Origin: an uncultured bacterium
GTDB taxonomy: Bacteria > Krumholzibacteriota > Krumholzibacteriia > LZORAL124-64-63
Assembly (NCBI GenBank): GCA_963732385.1
Contig: CAVSZB010000007.1
Coordinates: 544,001 to 608,000, forward strand
Reading direction: 5' to 3'
Length of the DNA stretch: 64,000 nucleotides
Shown: positions 29,919-38,536 of the stretch, one piece after another
Numbering within the stretch: position 1 is the stretch's first letter
Layout of the letters: each line of letters starts with the position of its first letter
Program-made: the position numbers and the translations under genes
The notes under the pieces: generated by a model
What the model saw: only the letters and a program-made list of their open reading frames with translations
What the model was told of the DNA's origin: nothing
Databases searched by the model: none

Positions 29919-31021
29919 TGCTGCTCCCTGTTCGCCGTCGCGGCGAGCAGCGCCCGGGCACGGGCCAGCACCATCCCGGGCGTCACCGTTTCGAGGCAGA
30001 ACAACGGCTTCGGACAGCGGCGAAGATAGCAGGGCGAACAGGGGAATCCCTCGGCAGCGACGCACGCCACGCGCGCGCCGCGCGGCGCCGTCCAGGCAGG
30101 ACTCGTCGAGCCGAACAGCCCCACCGTCGATGTGCCGAGCGCCGCCGCCAGGTGCATGAGGCCGGAATCGTTGCCCACATAGAGGGCGCAGCCCCGCAAC
30201 AGGGCCACCACCTCGGGCAGGGAGGTGCGCCCCACGAGGTCGACCACGCCGGCCCCTCCCGCCAGCGTGTCCCGCCACGCAACGCCCCCCGCAGCCCTGG
30301 CAAGCGCCACCGCCGGACGCGCCGCCGCTTCGCCCAGCAACAGCACCCGGACCCCCTCCACGCCCACCGCCTCGGCGGCGAAGGCGGCGAGGTGACGCGG
30401 CGGCCAGCTCTTGGCGTCGCCGAAGGTGGCCCCCACCCCAAGCGCCCAGACCGGAGGTCCTCCCGCCAGTCTCGGGTCCGGAACCACCTCCACACAGGCC
30501 GGCAGCGACGGGCCTGGGCCCGCCCCGCTCCCCCCGGGCGACGGCCCGCCAACGGCGGCGAGCAGGACATCGGCCAGCTCAAGCATCTCCAGGCTGAAGT
30601 GCCGGGCGCCGCGCGGCGCCCGGGGCAGCGGGTGCGTCAGCAGGGCGCGCCGTCCATCCGAATCGAGCCCCACGCGGAGCGGAATTCCGGCCAGGCGGGC
30701 GGCCAGGGCCACACGCAGCGACGGCGGCATGAGCACCACCGCCTCCGTGCGCGCCGCGCGCCACAGCGAGGCCAGACGCGGCACCCCGAGGATCCCCCCG
30801 TGGCGTCCCTGGCGATCCCAGGAAAGCAGCTCATCGCAGCGCGGATCGCCGATAAACAGGGGAGCCCAGCGCGCGGGAAGGCTCAGCACTATCGACCACC
30901 CCGCGGTGCGCGCGGCGGCCAGACGTTCAAGCGCCGGGGTGGCCATGACCAGATCGCCGAGCCAGTTGGGCGCCACCACCAGCAGGCGCCGGCCGCGCGG
31001 CGGCCGCGCCGCGGAGCCCAT
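29915..31021 (-). CDS. waaF: Lipopolysaccharide heptosyltransferase II
   Basis: APNWLGD.VM..P, PPS.R.A, GA.FG.AK.WP, DL.G.T.L, NDSGLMHLAAA, FGST, CSPC..R.CP. Confidence 0.85.
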   Translation of the reverse strand: MGSAARPPRGRRLLVVAPNWLGDLVMATPALERLAAARTAGWSIVLSLPARWAPLFIGDPRCDELLSWDRQGRHGGILGVPRLASLWRAARTEAVVLMPPSLRVALAARLAGIPLRVGLDSDGRRALLTHPLPRAPRGARHFSLEMLELADVLLAAVGGPSPGGSGAGPGPSLPACVEVVPDPRLAGGPPVWALGVGATFGDAKSWPPRHLAAFAAEAVGVEGVRVLLLGEAAARPAVALARAAGGVAWRDTLAGGAGVVDLVGRTSLPEVVALLRGCALYVGNDSGLMHLAAALGTSTVGLFGSTSPAWTAPRGARVACVAAEGFPCSPCYLRRCPKPLFCLETVTPGMVLARARALLAATANREQQ

Positions 31022-31022
31022 T

Positions 31023-32138
31023 TCAGACCGCTCCCTCTCGCCGGGCCGCCGCCCCATCCGACGCCACAGCCCCTCGCCGGGCGACCCGGATACCGACCGC
31101 CTCCAGGGCCGCGAACAGCGCCTCCGCATCCACCCGCGCGCCCCGCGTCACCCGCAGCCCGCGCGCAGCGGGACGGCCCCGCGGCTCCCAGTCGGCGCCA
31201 TCCTCTTCGTTGAACAGCCCCACCGCCGGCACACCGAGCGACACCGCGAGGTGGAACAGATCGGTGTTGCCGCCGAGGAAAAGGTCACATTGCGACAGCA
31301 GCAGCGCCGTCTCCAGAAGATCGGCGCGCGGCAGAGCGGGGGGCGCGGCCGGCAAAGCCGCAGTGAGCTCTCGCACCCGCTCGCCGCCGTCGGCGGAGAG
31401 CGGCACAATCTGGCAGGAGAACTGCCCTAGCAACAGGGCGACCAGGAACTGCAGACTCGACAAAGCCAGCGGGGGACCGTTCTTCCCCGCACCGGGATCG
31501 ATGGCGACGAGCAGATCGTCAGGACGGTTCCGGTTGAAACGAACCAGCTGCCGCATCTGCCGCAGCCGCTCCTCCGGCAGCGGCCAACGCCAGCCGGGCA
31601 GCGGCGCCGGCAGCCCGAGCAGCGGCAGCGCCGCAGCGGGTCGGCTGCCGCGATAGGTCGCGTCGGCGGACCCGCGCCGGATCTCCAGGTTCACGGCCGG
31701 CCAGGCGTTCGCATGCGATGGCCCCAAACGCAAGGGCGCTCCGGTGGCCATCGCTACCCTGGCCAGGGCCGGCTGGGGATCGTTGCAGGCGATGATCGTC
31801 GCGTCATAATCTCCCGCCCGGACCGCCCGCAACAGCGGGAAAAAACCGCTGCGGAAGGGGCGCAACTGCGACGGACGATAGGTGAGGCAGGTCCGCGCCA
31901 GACCGCTCGCCGCCATGAACTGGGCGTGCCCCTCCGGCAGCAGCACATCCACCCGCAGGTCGGGCACCCCCGCCCGCAACCCGTGCAGCAGCGATCCGTG
32001 AAAGATGAGATCGGCCAGATCGCCGCTGTCGAGCACCAGGACGCCGGCGCCGGGGGGCAGAGCGCCCGGCAGCGTGAAAGCCGCTTCACGGCCGCGACGC
32101 GACCAGGGGTCCAGCAGGAGGTCGACGAGCGGGCGCAT
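31023..32138 (-). CDS. Divergent GT9-like glycosyltransferase
   Basis: GT-B layout with L.ETA.LL.QCDLF.G.NT..FHLAV.LGVP.VGLF; usual GD and DSG motifs altered. Confidence 0.7.
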   Translation of the reverse strand: MRPLVDLLLDPWSRRGREAAFTLPGALPPGAGVLVLDSGDLADLIFHGSLLHGLRAGVPDLRVDVLLPEGHAQFMAASGLARTCLTYRPSQLRPFRSGFFPLLRAVRAGDYDATIIACNDPQPALARVAMATGAPLRLGPSHANAWPAVNLEIRRGSADATYRGSRPAAALPLLGLPAPLPGWRWPLPEERLRQMRQLVRFNRNRPDDLLVAIDPGAGKNGPPLALSSLQFLVALLLGQFSCQIVPLSADGGERVRELTAALPAAPPALPRADLLETALLLSQCDLFLGGNTDLFHLAVSLGVPAVGLFNEEDGADWEPRGRPAARGLRVTRGARVDAEALFAALEAVGIRVARRGAVASDGAAARREGAV

Positions 32139-32160
32139 CACATTGACCTCCCCCGCCCCT

Positions 32161-34563
32161 TCAGTCCAGCCGCAGCCGCGGGAAGATCTCCCGCCAGACC
32201 GCATCGATGTGCTTCACCGGAACAAAACGGATGTCGCGCGCCGCCTCCCGCGGGATCTCCTCCAGATCGGGCTCGTTGGCCGCCGGCAGAATGATCCGCC
32301 GCACCCCCGCCCGATGCGCGGCAAGCACCTTCTCCTTGAGCCCGCCGATCGGCAGCACATCGCCGGTCAGGGTGATCTCCCCGGTCATGGCGGTGAGTCG
32401 GTCGATCGGCCGGCCGAGCAGCAGCGACAGCATCACCGACGCCAGCGCGATGCCGGCGCTCGGTCCGTCCTTGGGGGTGGCCCCCGCCGGGATGTGAATA
32501 TGCAGATCGTGGGCGCGGAAAAATTCGCGATGCTCCGGCCGCTCTCCGAACCGGCTGCGCAGGTAGGAAAAGGCGGCGCTGGCCGACTCCTGCATCACGC
32601 TGCCGAGCTGGCCGGTCAGCTTCATGGCGCCGCTGCCGTTGGGCAGCAGCACCCCTTCCAGGTAAAGGATCTTCCCGCCGACGGCAGTCCACGCGAGCCC
32701 CGTGGCCACGCCGACCCGCGCGCGGCTGCGCAGACGGTCATCCGAGTAGGGCGGCGAACCGAGATAATCGTTGAGGTTGGCGAGGCTGATGCGACGCTGC
32801 ACGCGCTTCCCGCGGACCACCTCGCGCGCCACTTTCCGACACACCGCGCCGATGCGCCGCTCCAGTTCGCGCACCCCCGCCTCCCGCGTGTGCTCGGTGA
32901 TGATCTGACGCAGGGCAGTGTCGGAAAAGCGGATCAACCCGCCGGAAAGCCCGTTCGACTCGACCTGCCGCGGTACCAGATAGCGTCGCGCGATCTCCAG
33001 CTTCTCGAGGTTCGTGTACCCCGCGAGGCTGATTATCTCCATCCGGTCGAGCAGGGGGCGCGGAATCGAGTCGAGAACATTCGCCGTCGTGATAAAGAGG
33101 ACCTTCGAGAGATCGAACGGCAGCGACAGGTAGTGATCCGTGAAGGACCAGTTCTGCTCCGGGTCGAGCACTTCGAGCAGCGCACTGGCCGGATCCCCGC
33201 GGAAGTCCTGACCGAGCTTGTCGATCTCATCGAGCATGATGAGAGGGTTGTTGGTCCCGCACTCCTTCAGCCCGGCGATGATCCGCCCCGGCATCGCGCC
33301 GACATAGGTGCGCCGGTGTCCGCGGATTTCGGCTTCGTCACGCATACCGCCCAGCGAGAAGCGGAAGAACTTGCGCCCGACCGCCTCCGCAACACTGCGC
33401 CCCAGCGACGTCTTGCCCACGCCCGGAGGTCCCACGAGGCAGAGAATGGGCCCGCGATTATCAGCCTTCAACTTGCGCACCGCGAGAAACTCGAGGATCC
33501 GTTCCTTGACGTCCGCCAATCCGTAATGGTCGCGCTCGAGCAGCCGTTCGGCGCGGCGCAGGTCGAGCTTGTCTTCCGAGGCCACGTGCCACGGCAGATC
33601 GAGCAGCCAGTCAACGTAGGTCTTGCTGACGGTGTACTCGCTGGCGCTGGGCGACATGCGCGAGAGACGTTCGTACTCCCGTTCGACGGCGGTGCGCGTC
33701 GTCTCGGGCAGGTCGGCGGCGGCGATCCGCTCCTTCAGCTCGTCCATCTCCACGGACGCCTCATCCGTGTCGCCCAACTCGCGCTGGATCGCCTTCAATT
33801 GCTGCCGCAGGTAGTACTCGCGCTGGTCCTTGTCGATCGACTTGCGCACGCGCAACTGCAGCTTGCGCCCCAGCTCCACGACCTCCAGCTCGCGCATTAC
33901 GATCTTCGCCAGCAGCTGGAGCCGCTTGCGCGGGCTCGGCTCCTCGAGAATCTGCTGCTTCTCGCCGATCTCGATGTCGAGATTGGTGGCGATCAGATCA
34001 GCAAGGCGGCCGGGATCGTCGATGTTCATGACGACGACCTTCAGCTCCTCGGACAGGTTCTCGCTGGCATCGACGATCTTCATGAAGTTGTTCGCAACGC
34101 CCCGCATGTAAGCCAGCGTGCGCGAGTCCCGGCTGTCATCCTCCGCAACGACCGATACCCGGCCCTTCAGATAAGGACGGCGCGACGTCAGTCCCCGCAG
34201 CTGCACGCGCGCGACCCCCTGCCCGAGCAGTCGCATGCTGCCGTCCGGGAAGCGCAGCATCTTCTGCAGCTTGACCGCAGTGCCGACGCTGTAGATCAGT
34301 TTTTCCTCCTCGCCGGAGGTTTCCGTCTCTTCTTCATCCTCTTCTTCCGAAGAGGGGCGCTGCGCGAACGCGCCGAGCATCTTGTCGCCCGCCAGGCAAT
34401 CGTCCGCGAGCTGGATCAGCTTGCGGTCGCTCAGGACCAGGGGCACCATCATGAAGGGGAAGATGACCGCTTCGCTGATCGGCAGGATCGGCAGCACGTC
34501 CGGGACGCGCACCTCCGCCATGTCAGGCCCGTCGGCACCGCCCCTGGTCTTTTCGCCGCTCAT
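32161..34563 (-). CDS. lon: Lon protease (endopeptidase La)
   Basis: LON N-domain, [39 protein letters not shown] (Ser), GLKEK (Lys). Confidence 0.97.
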   Translation of the reverse strand: MSGEKTRGGADGPDMAEVRVPDVLPILPISEAVIFPFMMVPLVLSDRKLIQLADDCLAGDKMLGAFAQRPSSEEEDEEETETSGEEEKLIYSVGTAVKLQKMLRFPDGSMRLLGQGVARVQLRGLTSRRPYLKGRVSVVAEDDSRDSRTLAYMRGVANNFMKIVDASENLSEELKVVVMNIDDPGRLADLIATNLDIEIGEKQQILEEPSPRKRLQLLAKIVMRELEVVELGRKLQLRVRKSIDKDQREYYLRQQLKAIQRELGDTDEASVEMDELKERIAAADLPETTRTAVEREYERLSRMSPSASEYTVSKTYVDWLLDLPWHVASEDKLDLRRAERLLERDHYGLADVKERILEFLAVRKLKADNRGPILCLVGPPGVGKTSLGRSVAEAVGRKFFRFSLGGMRDEAEIRGHRRTYVGAMPGRIIAGLKECGTNNPLIMLDEIDKLGQDFRGDPASALLEVLDPEQNWSFTDHYLSLPFDLSKVLFITTANVLDSIPRPLLDRMEIISLAGYTNLEKLEIARRYLVPRQVESNGLSGGLIRFSDTALRQIITEHTREAGVRELERRIGAVCRKVAREVVRGKRVQRRISLANLNDYLGSPPYSDDRLRSRARVGVATGLAWTAVGGKILYLEGVLLPNGSGAMKLTGQLGSVMQESASAAFSYLRSRFGERPEHREFFRAHDLHIHIPAGATPKDGPSAGIALASVMLSLLLGRPIDRLTAMTGEITLTGDVLPIGGLKEKVLAAHRAGVRRIILPAANEPDLEEIPREAARDIRFVPVKHIDAVWREIFPRLRLD

Positions 34564-34618
34564 CGCACGCCCGCTCCTCTCCCCGTCTGCGCGGCCGCGG
34601 GGCCGCCGCCGCCCCCCC

Positions 34619-35068
34619 TCACGCGTCGACATCTATCCGCCGTCGCGTGAACGTGCGTCGCTTGCCCTTGCGCAGCTCCACGAACAGGAATCCGTTGCGG
34701 TAGCGCGCGACCGCCCCTTGCGGATCGATCTCGATCGGGACCGCGATACGGCGCTCGAACGGCCCCACGCTGATCTCCATCTTGAAATAGTGCTTCTTGC
34801 CGGGCGGGGCGATGTCGCGCCTCACGCCCCGCACCACGAGACAGTCACCGTCGAGCGCCACCTCGATGCCGCGCGGCTCGAGTCCCGCCAGGTCTATCTG
34901 CACGACAAACGCCTCCGCGGTTTCGTAGGCATCTGTGGCCGGGCGCCAGGAAAGGTCTCCCTCCCCCGGCAGACCCGCCTCCTGCCCGGAGAACGAGGTG
35001 ACGAGGATTTCGAAAACATCCTCCGCCCCACCCCGGTTCTCGGGATTGCCCGCGCGCTCGCCGAGCAT
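34619..35068 (-). CDS. Hsp20/alpha-crystallin small heat shock protein
   Basis: W.P.TD.YET, DLAG, L.VRG.R, EI..G.FER.I..P, A.Y.NG.L...L.K. Confidence 0.88.
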   Translation of the reverse strand: MLGERAGNPENRGGAEDVFEILVTSFSGQEAGLPGEGDLSWRPATDAYETAEAFVVQIDLAGLEPRGIEVALDGDCLVVRGVRRDIAPPGKKHYFKMEISVGPFERRIAVPIEIDPQGAVARYRNGFLFVELRKGKRRTFTRRRIDVDA

Positions 35069-35112
35069 GGTCCGCCCCCTGACTGGTCCGCGACAAGACA
35101 TTTGCCGGCCGG

Positions 35113-35141
35113 ATGTTAACGGGCAACCGCGAAAGCGTCAA
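35113..35141 (-). promoter_or_regulatory. Putative sigma70 promoter of the hsp20-lon operon (TTGACG-17 bp-TAACAT)
   Basis: Near-consensus hexamers with a 17-bp spacer, 45 bp upstream of the hsp20 ATG. Confidence 0.6.
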
Positions 35142-35280
35142 CCGCGACCATGCCGCCCGCGGCATTGTCCACCGGAACGCGCAAACCTGGAATCGGTGGC
35201 CGCCCAGCCCCGGAAACTCCACCCGTTTCCGGAGCTGGTCGCGGCGGTGAGGGATCCGTTCCGACGCTGTTCCCGCCACG

Positions 35281-36345
35281 CTACGCGCCTCTGTCTCCCG
35301 GTCGGTCCCCCTCATCCCAGACGGCACCCCACTGCTGCAGCAGTTCCTCGGCGGCCGGGTGCAGCGCCCGCGGCGCGCCCACGCGGCGCCACGCCCTGGT
35401 GAGTCGTCCGTCAGCGTTGGCGGCGAAGCAATCCCCCTGCGCGCCGACACGCGCCGTGCGCCGCGCTCCCGGCGACAGCGTCAACGCGGTCACGCCGATG
35501 CGGCGCGACCGCAGACGCCGCCACAACAGCGTCAGCAGACGCCGCCAGCCGGCGAGGGTATCGGGCAGGCGCGTCCCGGCGAGCTCGCTCTGCTCCCAGA
35601 CTTCGTCCCGGCGCACGCGCAGGGTCCACGATACGCGTCCGTCCGGGCCCTCGGGAGCGGCCAACAGCGCGCGCGCCGCCACCGCCTGCAACAGCGCCGC
35701 CGTCCCCTCGACGCCGGTCAGGGGCCGCGCGAGACTGACCGTCACCACCGGCCGGCCGCCGGGGCGCTCCCGACCCAACGGCGCGACGTCGTGCCCCGAG
35801 GCGACCGCCGCGATCCCGGCCCCATCCGTTCCGAGCAGTCCGGCCAGCAACGCCGGCGGCAGCACCTGCACTTCCCCCAGCGTCCGCACGCCACGCCCCG
35901 ACAGCAGCCTCACGGAGGCGGCGTGGCAGACACCCAGCACGGTCAGCGGGTACGGCGAGAGAAAGCGGGGCACCCCGGCAAGGAGGAGGTACAGGAGCGT
36001 GCAGGCGCCGCGCTCGCCCGCCACGCAGCGCGAGGCAAGCGCTGCCGCCAGACGCGATGGTGCAGCGCCACCCGCCAGCGGACCCCAGACGCGGGACGCC
36101 TCACGGCACAGGCGGGCCGGACCATCGGCGCCTCGCCCATACAGCCGGCCGGTGCCGGTCAGGTCGAGATGAACGCCATCGTCGGCCGCCTCCCAGGCGG
36201 GAGCCCAGCGGTCGCAGTGGGCCGCCACCTCCCTGCCGGCCCAGGCGGGATCGCGGGGGCGCAGATGGAGCAGGCAGCGCGGCGCGATCTCCCGTGCACC
36301 GCCACTAGAGACGCCGGAGCACGCCGATGACGACGCCCTGCACAC
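35281..36345 (-). CDS. Reduced, probably inactive Y-family polymerase (ImuB/DinB-like); start uncertain
   Basis: P..E...DG.HLDLTG..RLYG, G.AP.RL.A.LAS, FL.P.PL..L, L...G.RTLGE; directly downstream of lexA. Confidence 0.7.
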   Translation of the reverse strand: MCRASSSACSGVSSGGAREIAPRCLLHLRPRDPAWAGREVAAHCDRWAPAWEAADDGVHLDLTGTGRLYGRGADGPARLCREASRVWGPLAGGAAPSRLAAALASRCVAGERGACTLLYLLLAGVPRFLSPYPLTVLGVCHAASVRLLSGRGVRTLGEVQVLPPALLAGLLGTDGAGIAAVASGHDVAPLGRERPGGRPVVTVSLARPLTGVEGTAALLQAVAARALLAAPEGPDGRVSWTLRVRRDEVWEQSELAGTRLPDTLAGWRRLLTLLWRRLRSRRIGVTALTLSPGARRTARVGAQGDCFAANADGRLTRAWRRVGAPRALHPAAEELLQQWGAVWDEGDRPGDRGA

Positions 36346-36907
36346 GCACCCGCTCCTCGGACAGGACCAGCGGGGAAAGCTCGTGGTTCGCCGGCTCGAG
36401 ACGGATCAGACCGCCGTCGCGGCGGAACCGCTTGACCGTGACCCCTTCGCCATCCACGAGTGCGATGACCGTTTCCCCGTTGCGCGCCGTTTCGCGTTCT
36501 TCGACGATGACGATGTCGCCGTCGCGGATCTGCTCTTCGATCATCGAATCGCCCCGCACGCGCAGGGCGAAGGTGCGGGCGCGGCCGAGCCACCCCTCCG
36601 GCAGTTCGAGCTGTTCCGTCTCGGGCAGCGGTTCGATGGGCCTTCCGGCCGCCACAGCGCCGAGCAGCGGTACTGTCCGGGCGGCGCGCGTGCCGGGGGG
36701 CGCCATCACCTCGAGCTCCCGACGCGCGTGCCGTACGTGACGCAGGCGGCCCTGCGCCACGAGCCGGCTGACGTGCTTGTGCACCGTCGCCACCGACGAG
36801 AGCGAGAGGTGCTGCGCGATCTCCACCAGCGTCGGCGCATAGCCGTGGCGACGCGTGTATTCCTCGATAAATGTCAGGATTTCCGCCTGGCGCGGCGTCA
36901 GCCCCAT
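36305..36907 (-). CDS. lexA: SOS repressor LexA
   Basis: LTPRQ.EIL.FI, G.APT..EI, PLLG.VAAG.P (Ala-Gly cleavage site), GDSM (Ser), VTVKR (Lys). Confidence 0.96.
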   Translation of the reverse strand: MGLTPRQAEILTFIEEYTRRHGYAPTLVEIAQHLSLSSVATVHKHVSRLVAQGRLRHVRHARRELEVMAPPGTRAARTVPLLGAVAAGRPIEPLPETEQLELPEGWLGRARTFALRVRGDSMIEEQIRDGDIVIVEERETARNGETVIALVDGEGVTVKRFRRDGGLIRLEPANHELSPLVLSEERVRVQGVVIGVLRRL

Positions 36908-36963
36908 GTTCCAGCCTCCGGTCGACGCGGGCCGGCGCGGTGGACCGCCGCACCTTGGCGATC

Positions 36964-37004
36964 ATTATGGGCGAAACATAGACGAAAGTCCAGCCCGAAA
37001 CATA
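36964..37004 (-). promoter_or_regulatory. lexA promoter (TGGACT-17 bp-CATAAT) overlapped by CGAAA(CATA) direct repeats (candidate LexA operator)
   Basis: -35 at 36992-36987, -10 at 36969-36964; plus-strand CGAAACATA at 36972 and 36996, CGAAA at 36983. Confidence 0.6.
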
Positions 37005-37010
37005 CCCGCC

Positions 37011-37946
37011 TCACGCCGACGAATCGCGCCAGACCGGCCGCTCCTGACGGAGCGGGCCGTCCCGCAGCAGCGCCTCGGCCTCCGCCCGGGTCGGCAGTCC
37101 CGCCCGCCCGCCGAGCGCGCGGCAGCCATGCGCCGCAACGGCGGCGCCCCACGCGAGGCAGGTGTCGAAATCGCGGCCGAGTCCCCGGGCGAAAGCGTAG
37201 CCGGCATGGAAAGCATCGCCCGCACCGGTCGTATCGACGACCGGGACGGCAAAAGCCGGCCGGTGCTCCGCCACGCCGTCGACCAGCCGCAGACAACCGG
37301 CCGCGCCGAAGGTCGAGACCACGCGCGCGGGACCGCGGCGCGCCAGCGCCCGCAGCGCGTCTCCGGGGTCGGGCTCGCCGGTCAAAGCCGGCGCGAAGGC
37401 GGCGGAGGCGATCACGTCGTCGCACAGTTCCACGAGTTCGGACAGGCCGGGTCGCACACTGCCGCCGTCGAGCACCACCGGGATGCCACGGCTGCGCGCC
37501 GCCCGCGCCAGCGCCGACGCGGCCGCCGGTTCGTGGCTGTCGCACAGCAGCACATCGATGCCGTCGAGCCAGTCCGCGTCGATCTCCGCCACGGCAAGCG
37601 GTTCGAGATCGCCCCGGCACCAGAGGATCGAGCGCGAGCCGTCGGCGTCGATCAGGCTGACGGCGAGCGGCGACGCGGCGCCCGGACGCACCGGCGAGAG
37701 GGCCAGGTCCACCCCCGCGCCGGCCAGTTCCAGCCGCTGCAAACGCCCGGCAAGATCATCCGCCAGCGGTGTGACCAGACGGACCCGCGCGCCGAGCCGC
37801 GCCAGCGCCACCGCCGCGGTGGCGGCCGGCCCGCCGCCCCCCATGGTCAGCCCAGGCGTTTCGAGTTTTGCATCGCGTGGTATCGACGCCGGCAGCGGCG
37901 CAAGGACATCCCAGGCATTGTAGCCGACCACCAGCAGTGACGGCAT
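37011..37946 (-). CDS. PfkB family carbohydrate kinase
   Basis: GGGPAATAAVALARLG, VVLDG, T.GA.G, VVDTTGAGDAFH.G. Confidence 0.92.
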   Translation of the reverse strand: MPSLLVVGYNAWDVLAPLPASIPRDAKLETPGLTMGGGGPAATAAVALARLGARVRLVTPLADDLAGRLQRLELAGAGVDLALSPVRPGAASPLAVSLIDADGSRSILWCRGDLEPLAVAEIDADWLDGIDVLLCDSHEPAAASALARAARSRGIPVVLDGGSVRPGLSELVELCDDVIASAAFAPALTGEPDPGDALRALARRGPARVVSTFGAAGCLRLVDGVAEHRPAFAVPVVDTTGAGDAFHAGYAFARGLGRDFDTCLAWGAAVAAHGCRALGGRAGLPTRAEAEALLRDGPLRQERPVWRDSSA

Positions 37947-38041
37947 GACCGCTCTCCGTTGCCGCCCGGCAAGGCGGCGTGCTAAGCTGCCCGATCGTGA
38001 CCGGATCGTTGGGAACGCCGGGGACGGCCGGGAGGGGTACG

Positions 38042-38386
38042 ATGGAAACCTGTCTGTTCTGCGCGATCGCCGCCGGCCGCATCCCAAGCCGGCAGGCGTT
38101 CAGTGACGAAGCGATCGTGGCCTTTCACGACATCGACCCGCAGGCGCCGACCCACATCCTGCTGATCCCGCGGCGCCACGTCGCCTCTCTGGCCGACCTC
38201 ACCGCGGCGGACGCCGGCCTGCTGGAACACCTCGCCACCACGGCCGCGCGACTGGCGCGCGAACTCGGCCTGGAAACCGCCGGTTACCGTCTGGTCATCA
38301 ACTGTGGCGAGGCGGCGGGTCAGACCGTTCCCCACCTGCATCTGCATCTGCTGGCCGGACGCCGTCTGGGGTGGCCGCCCGGCTGA
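38042..38386 (+). CDS. hinT: Histidine triad nucleotide-binding protein
   Basis: CLFC.I, AFHDI.PQAP.H.L.IP..H, AGQTVPHLHLHLL.GR...WPPG. Confidence 0.93.
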   Translation: METCLFCAIAAGRIPSRQAFSDEAIVAFHDIDPQAPTHILLIPRRHVASLADLTAADAGLLEHLATTAARLARELGLETAGYRLVINCGEAAGQTVPHLHLHLLAGRRLGWPPG

Positions 38387-38536
38387 CGGCGTCCCGCGGT
38401 TGCCCCGCGCGCGGCGTCGGTCACAGCCCGCAGGTCGCCCACGCGACCCGCTTGATGCGCTCGTTCGCGGAGTGCGTACGCCGGGGCGTCCCGCCATTCT
38501 CCATGTAATATTCACACGGTCGGACCGCGGCGGGAA

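Noticed and set aside
34300..34350. Purine/pyrimidine-biased tract inside lon
   Set aside because: Encodes an in-frame acidic loop ([15 protein letters not shown]); not an insertion element or intein
32005..34650. Very long plus-strand ORFs (881 aa here; also 2778-4319, 16839-18779, 19494-21425, 25863-27728 and others)
   Set aside because: Antisense shadows of well-supported minus-strand genes; Arg/Pro/Ala-rich with no motifs, as expected in high-GC DNA
35119..35232. Possible c-di-GMP riboswitch (GGGCAACCGCGAAAGCG, GCAAACC) and hairpin CCGGAAAC/GTTTCCGG
   Set aside because: Element order and second stem do not fit, it is on the wrong strand for hsp20, and the sequence is explained as the hsp20 promoter spacer
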